Part shown: positions 62,543-64,000 of the stretch, piece after piece
How the letters are laid out: each line of letters begins with the position of its first letter
How positions within the stretch are numbered: the stretch's first letter is position 1
Source of the DNA: Pseudogymnoascus verrucosus
Taxonomy: Eukaryota
Strand: one strand, 5' to 3'
DNA: 64,000 bases
NCBI GenBank assembly: GCA_001662655.1
Contig: KV460223.1
Position numbers and translations under genes: made by a program
Notes under the pieces: model-generated
Told to the model about the DNA's origin: nothing
The model's input: only the letters and a program-made list of their open reading frames with translations
Database searches by the model: none

Positions 62543-62850
62543 AAAACAACTTGTAGATAGAATGAATCTATACTACTATCGATATCTAAATTTAACCCCA
62601 GCAGCCGTGCATGCCATGGTTCATTCAGAAGACGGATTTGCAAAGGCTCTTAATCGTCGGAGCTACCATTCGCTTTGCACACAATTAGTGGTTGGATCTA
62701 AACGTCCACTCTGCCCATAGTTGGGGGAACCGACGTGCATCATCTTAGAAAAAAAGCAGGGTACCATTACTTAGTAGATTGTGGATAGAGAACTTAGAGG
62801 TACAGTTCTAGGTTTTGAAGTCTAATGTTCTAATAATCCTTTGTAGAAAC

Positions 62851-64000
62851 TCATGGATATCCCGCGACATGAAGCCCAGTTGCCACCATTTCCACACGAT
62901 AGACATCTAAAGTTCGAACGTTCTGCAACACCAATGCCTTGTCAGGATCGTTAGCTGGCCGCGCGTTGTATACTCTTTCTAGTTCCCTGAGCCAGTCGTC
63001 CGCAAATTTATTAGCCCTCTCAACGATTTTCGGCATCTGGTAAGAAATAAATGCCTCCCATGAATCGGACAAATAGAGATCCCTATTAGGTCCGGGGGCC
63101 TGCCAAACATCTTCGATCATAACGAGCTATTCGCGGATAAGGTTGCAGAGCTGCTGCAGGCGACTCATTACAATAGGGGAGTTTAAGTAGTGTGTAACAG
63201 CAATTACCTATTGTTCGGTTAGTAACTTTTGTATGGAAGGGATCGCAAACGTACTCTTCGGATGTAGCTGAGAGCTGTACCAGGCTTATTACGCACAGCA
63301 TCATTCATTTTGTCGTCAGAAGTGGAATTGACACCTGCCCATAACTAAAATAAAATGGTTAGCGTAGGCAACGTACATAAGACTATTAGGCTTACTCGGG
63401 ATTTCGCGCCATTAATTGTGTCTCGTAATAGAACAAAGTTTCCGTGGTTCCATGTGCTACCTAGGGCCTCCATGATTCTATCACTTGGTATTTGCAAATT
63501 TGCAGTCTGACTTTGTACTGGGGTGATGAGGGGGGAGGTCGTGGGGATTATTTCCGAATTAAACCCCTGTGTAAAGAAATCGTAGGGGGTAACCGCTAAG
63601 GTGGTGCCGGGCACAATAGTTCTGTTAGAGAGATAGTGAAAAAAAGTATTCATCCCTTGAAACTCGATGATATGCTTAGCTAGGTAAGTTAGAAAATCTG
63701 TCGGTAACATTAACATTCTCACTTACTTTGGAAATAGTGAGGTTGCGGCAACATAATTGGAAGTCTAGTAGGGTCAATATGAGCAACCCTTGGATTAACA
63801 CAATCTTCCTCGTCCTCATAGTCGAAAATGCGGTCATAAATGGGATGATTTGAATCCCATTGTCCTCCGGAAGTAAATGGTTGTTCAAGGTACGAGATTG
63901 ATCCGAGTCTTCCTGCATACGGTTCTATCCTCTGTATGACGCCGCAAGGCGGAACCGTTACTGCGACAGCACCAGTACCTGGTATCAGTATTGCGCCTGG
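62851..64000 (-). pseudogene. 3' end of a gene resembling the C-terminal extension of killer-toxin-like (subgroup C GH18) chitinases; contains an in-frame stop
   Basis: Introns 63726-63680, 63395-63345 and 63254-63208 give a continuous frame (TKHIIEFQ..RIMEALGSTWN..FVLLRDTINGAKSRLW..VIAVTHYLN), interrupted by TAG at 63129-63127. The gene runs off the window edge, and the family call rests on motif recall only. Confidence 0.55.

Noticed and set aside
63127..63129. Premature TAG rescued by A-to-I editing (UAG to UGG)
   Set aside because: Such editing is established mainly for Sordariomycete sexual stages. Trp is not obviously expected at this helical position, and a nonsense mutation is simpler.

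Overview
Gene-dense, intron-containing nuclear DNA of a filamentous ascomycete. The intron signals (GT-AG, CTRAC branch sites, about 50-nt introns) and the gene set suggest a Leotiomycete, possibly Pseudogymnoascus-like; this is inference. About 27 protein-coding loci were reconstructed by hand from the ORF track plus splice signals. Recognisable genes include a DDHD phospholipase, SUB1/PC4, a PXA-PX nexin, a MIT-domain protein, ATG7, DCD1, HIS7, MPE1, fimbrin, the SR protein Srp1, a mitochondrial carrier, RPL18, SPF27, the PKA regulatory subunit, a CRP1/MDG1-like CBM protein, TEN1, SNF7, a giant acidic repeat protein, ERV25 and U1-C. There is also one intron-containing tRNA-Thr(AGT) and, at the right edge, a probably pseudogenised chitinase/toxin-type C-terminal region. 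No transposon or CRISPR array is evident. The most interesting signals are non-coding. They include an 804-nt intron packed with nested helices, an RPL18 intron with three GNRA-capped hairpins, an ATG-depleted ~860-nt MPE1 leader with poly(A)-like signals, and a long hairpin-containing intron plus a GC-AG intron in srp1. A 6-nt microexon in U1-C and a candidate TTG-initiated mitochondrial extension of the DDHD lipase also stand out. All structures were read by eye; no folding or database search was run.
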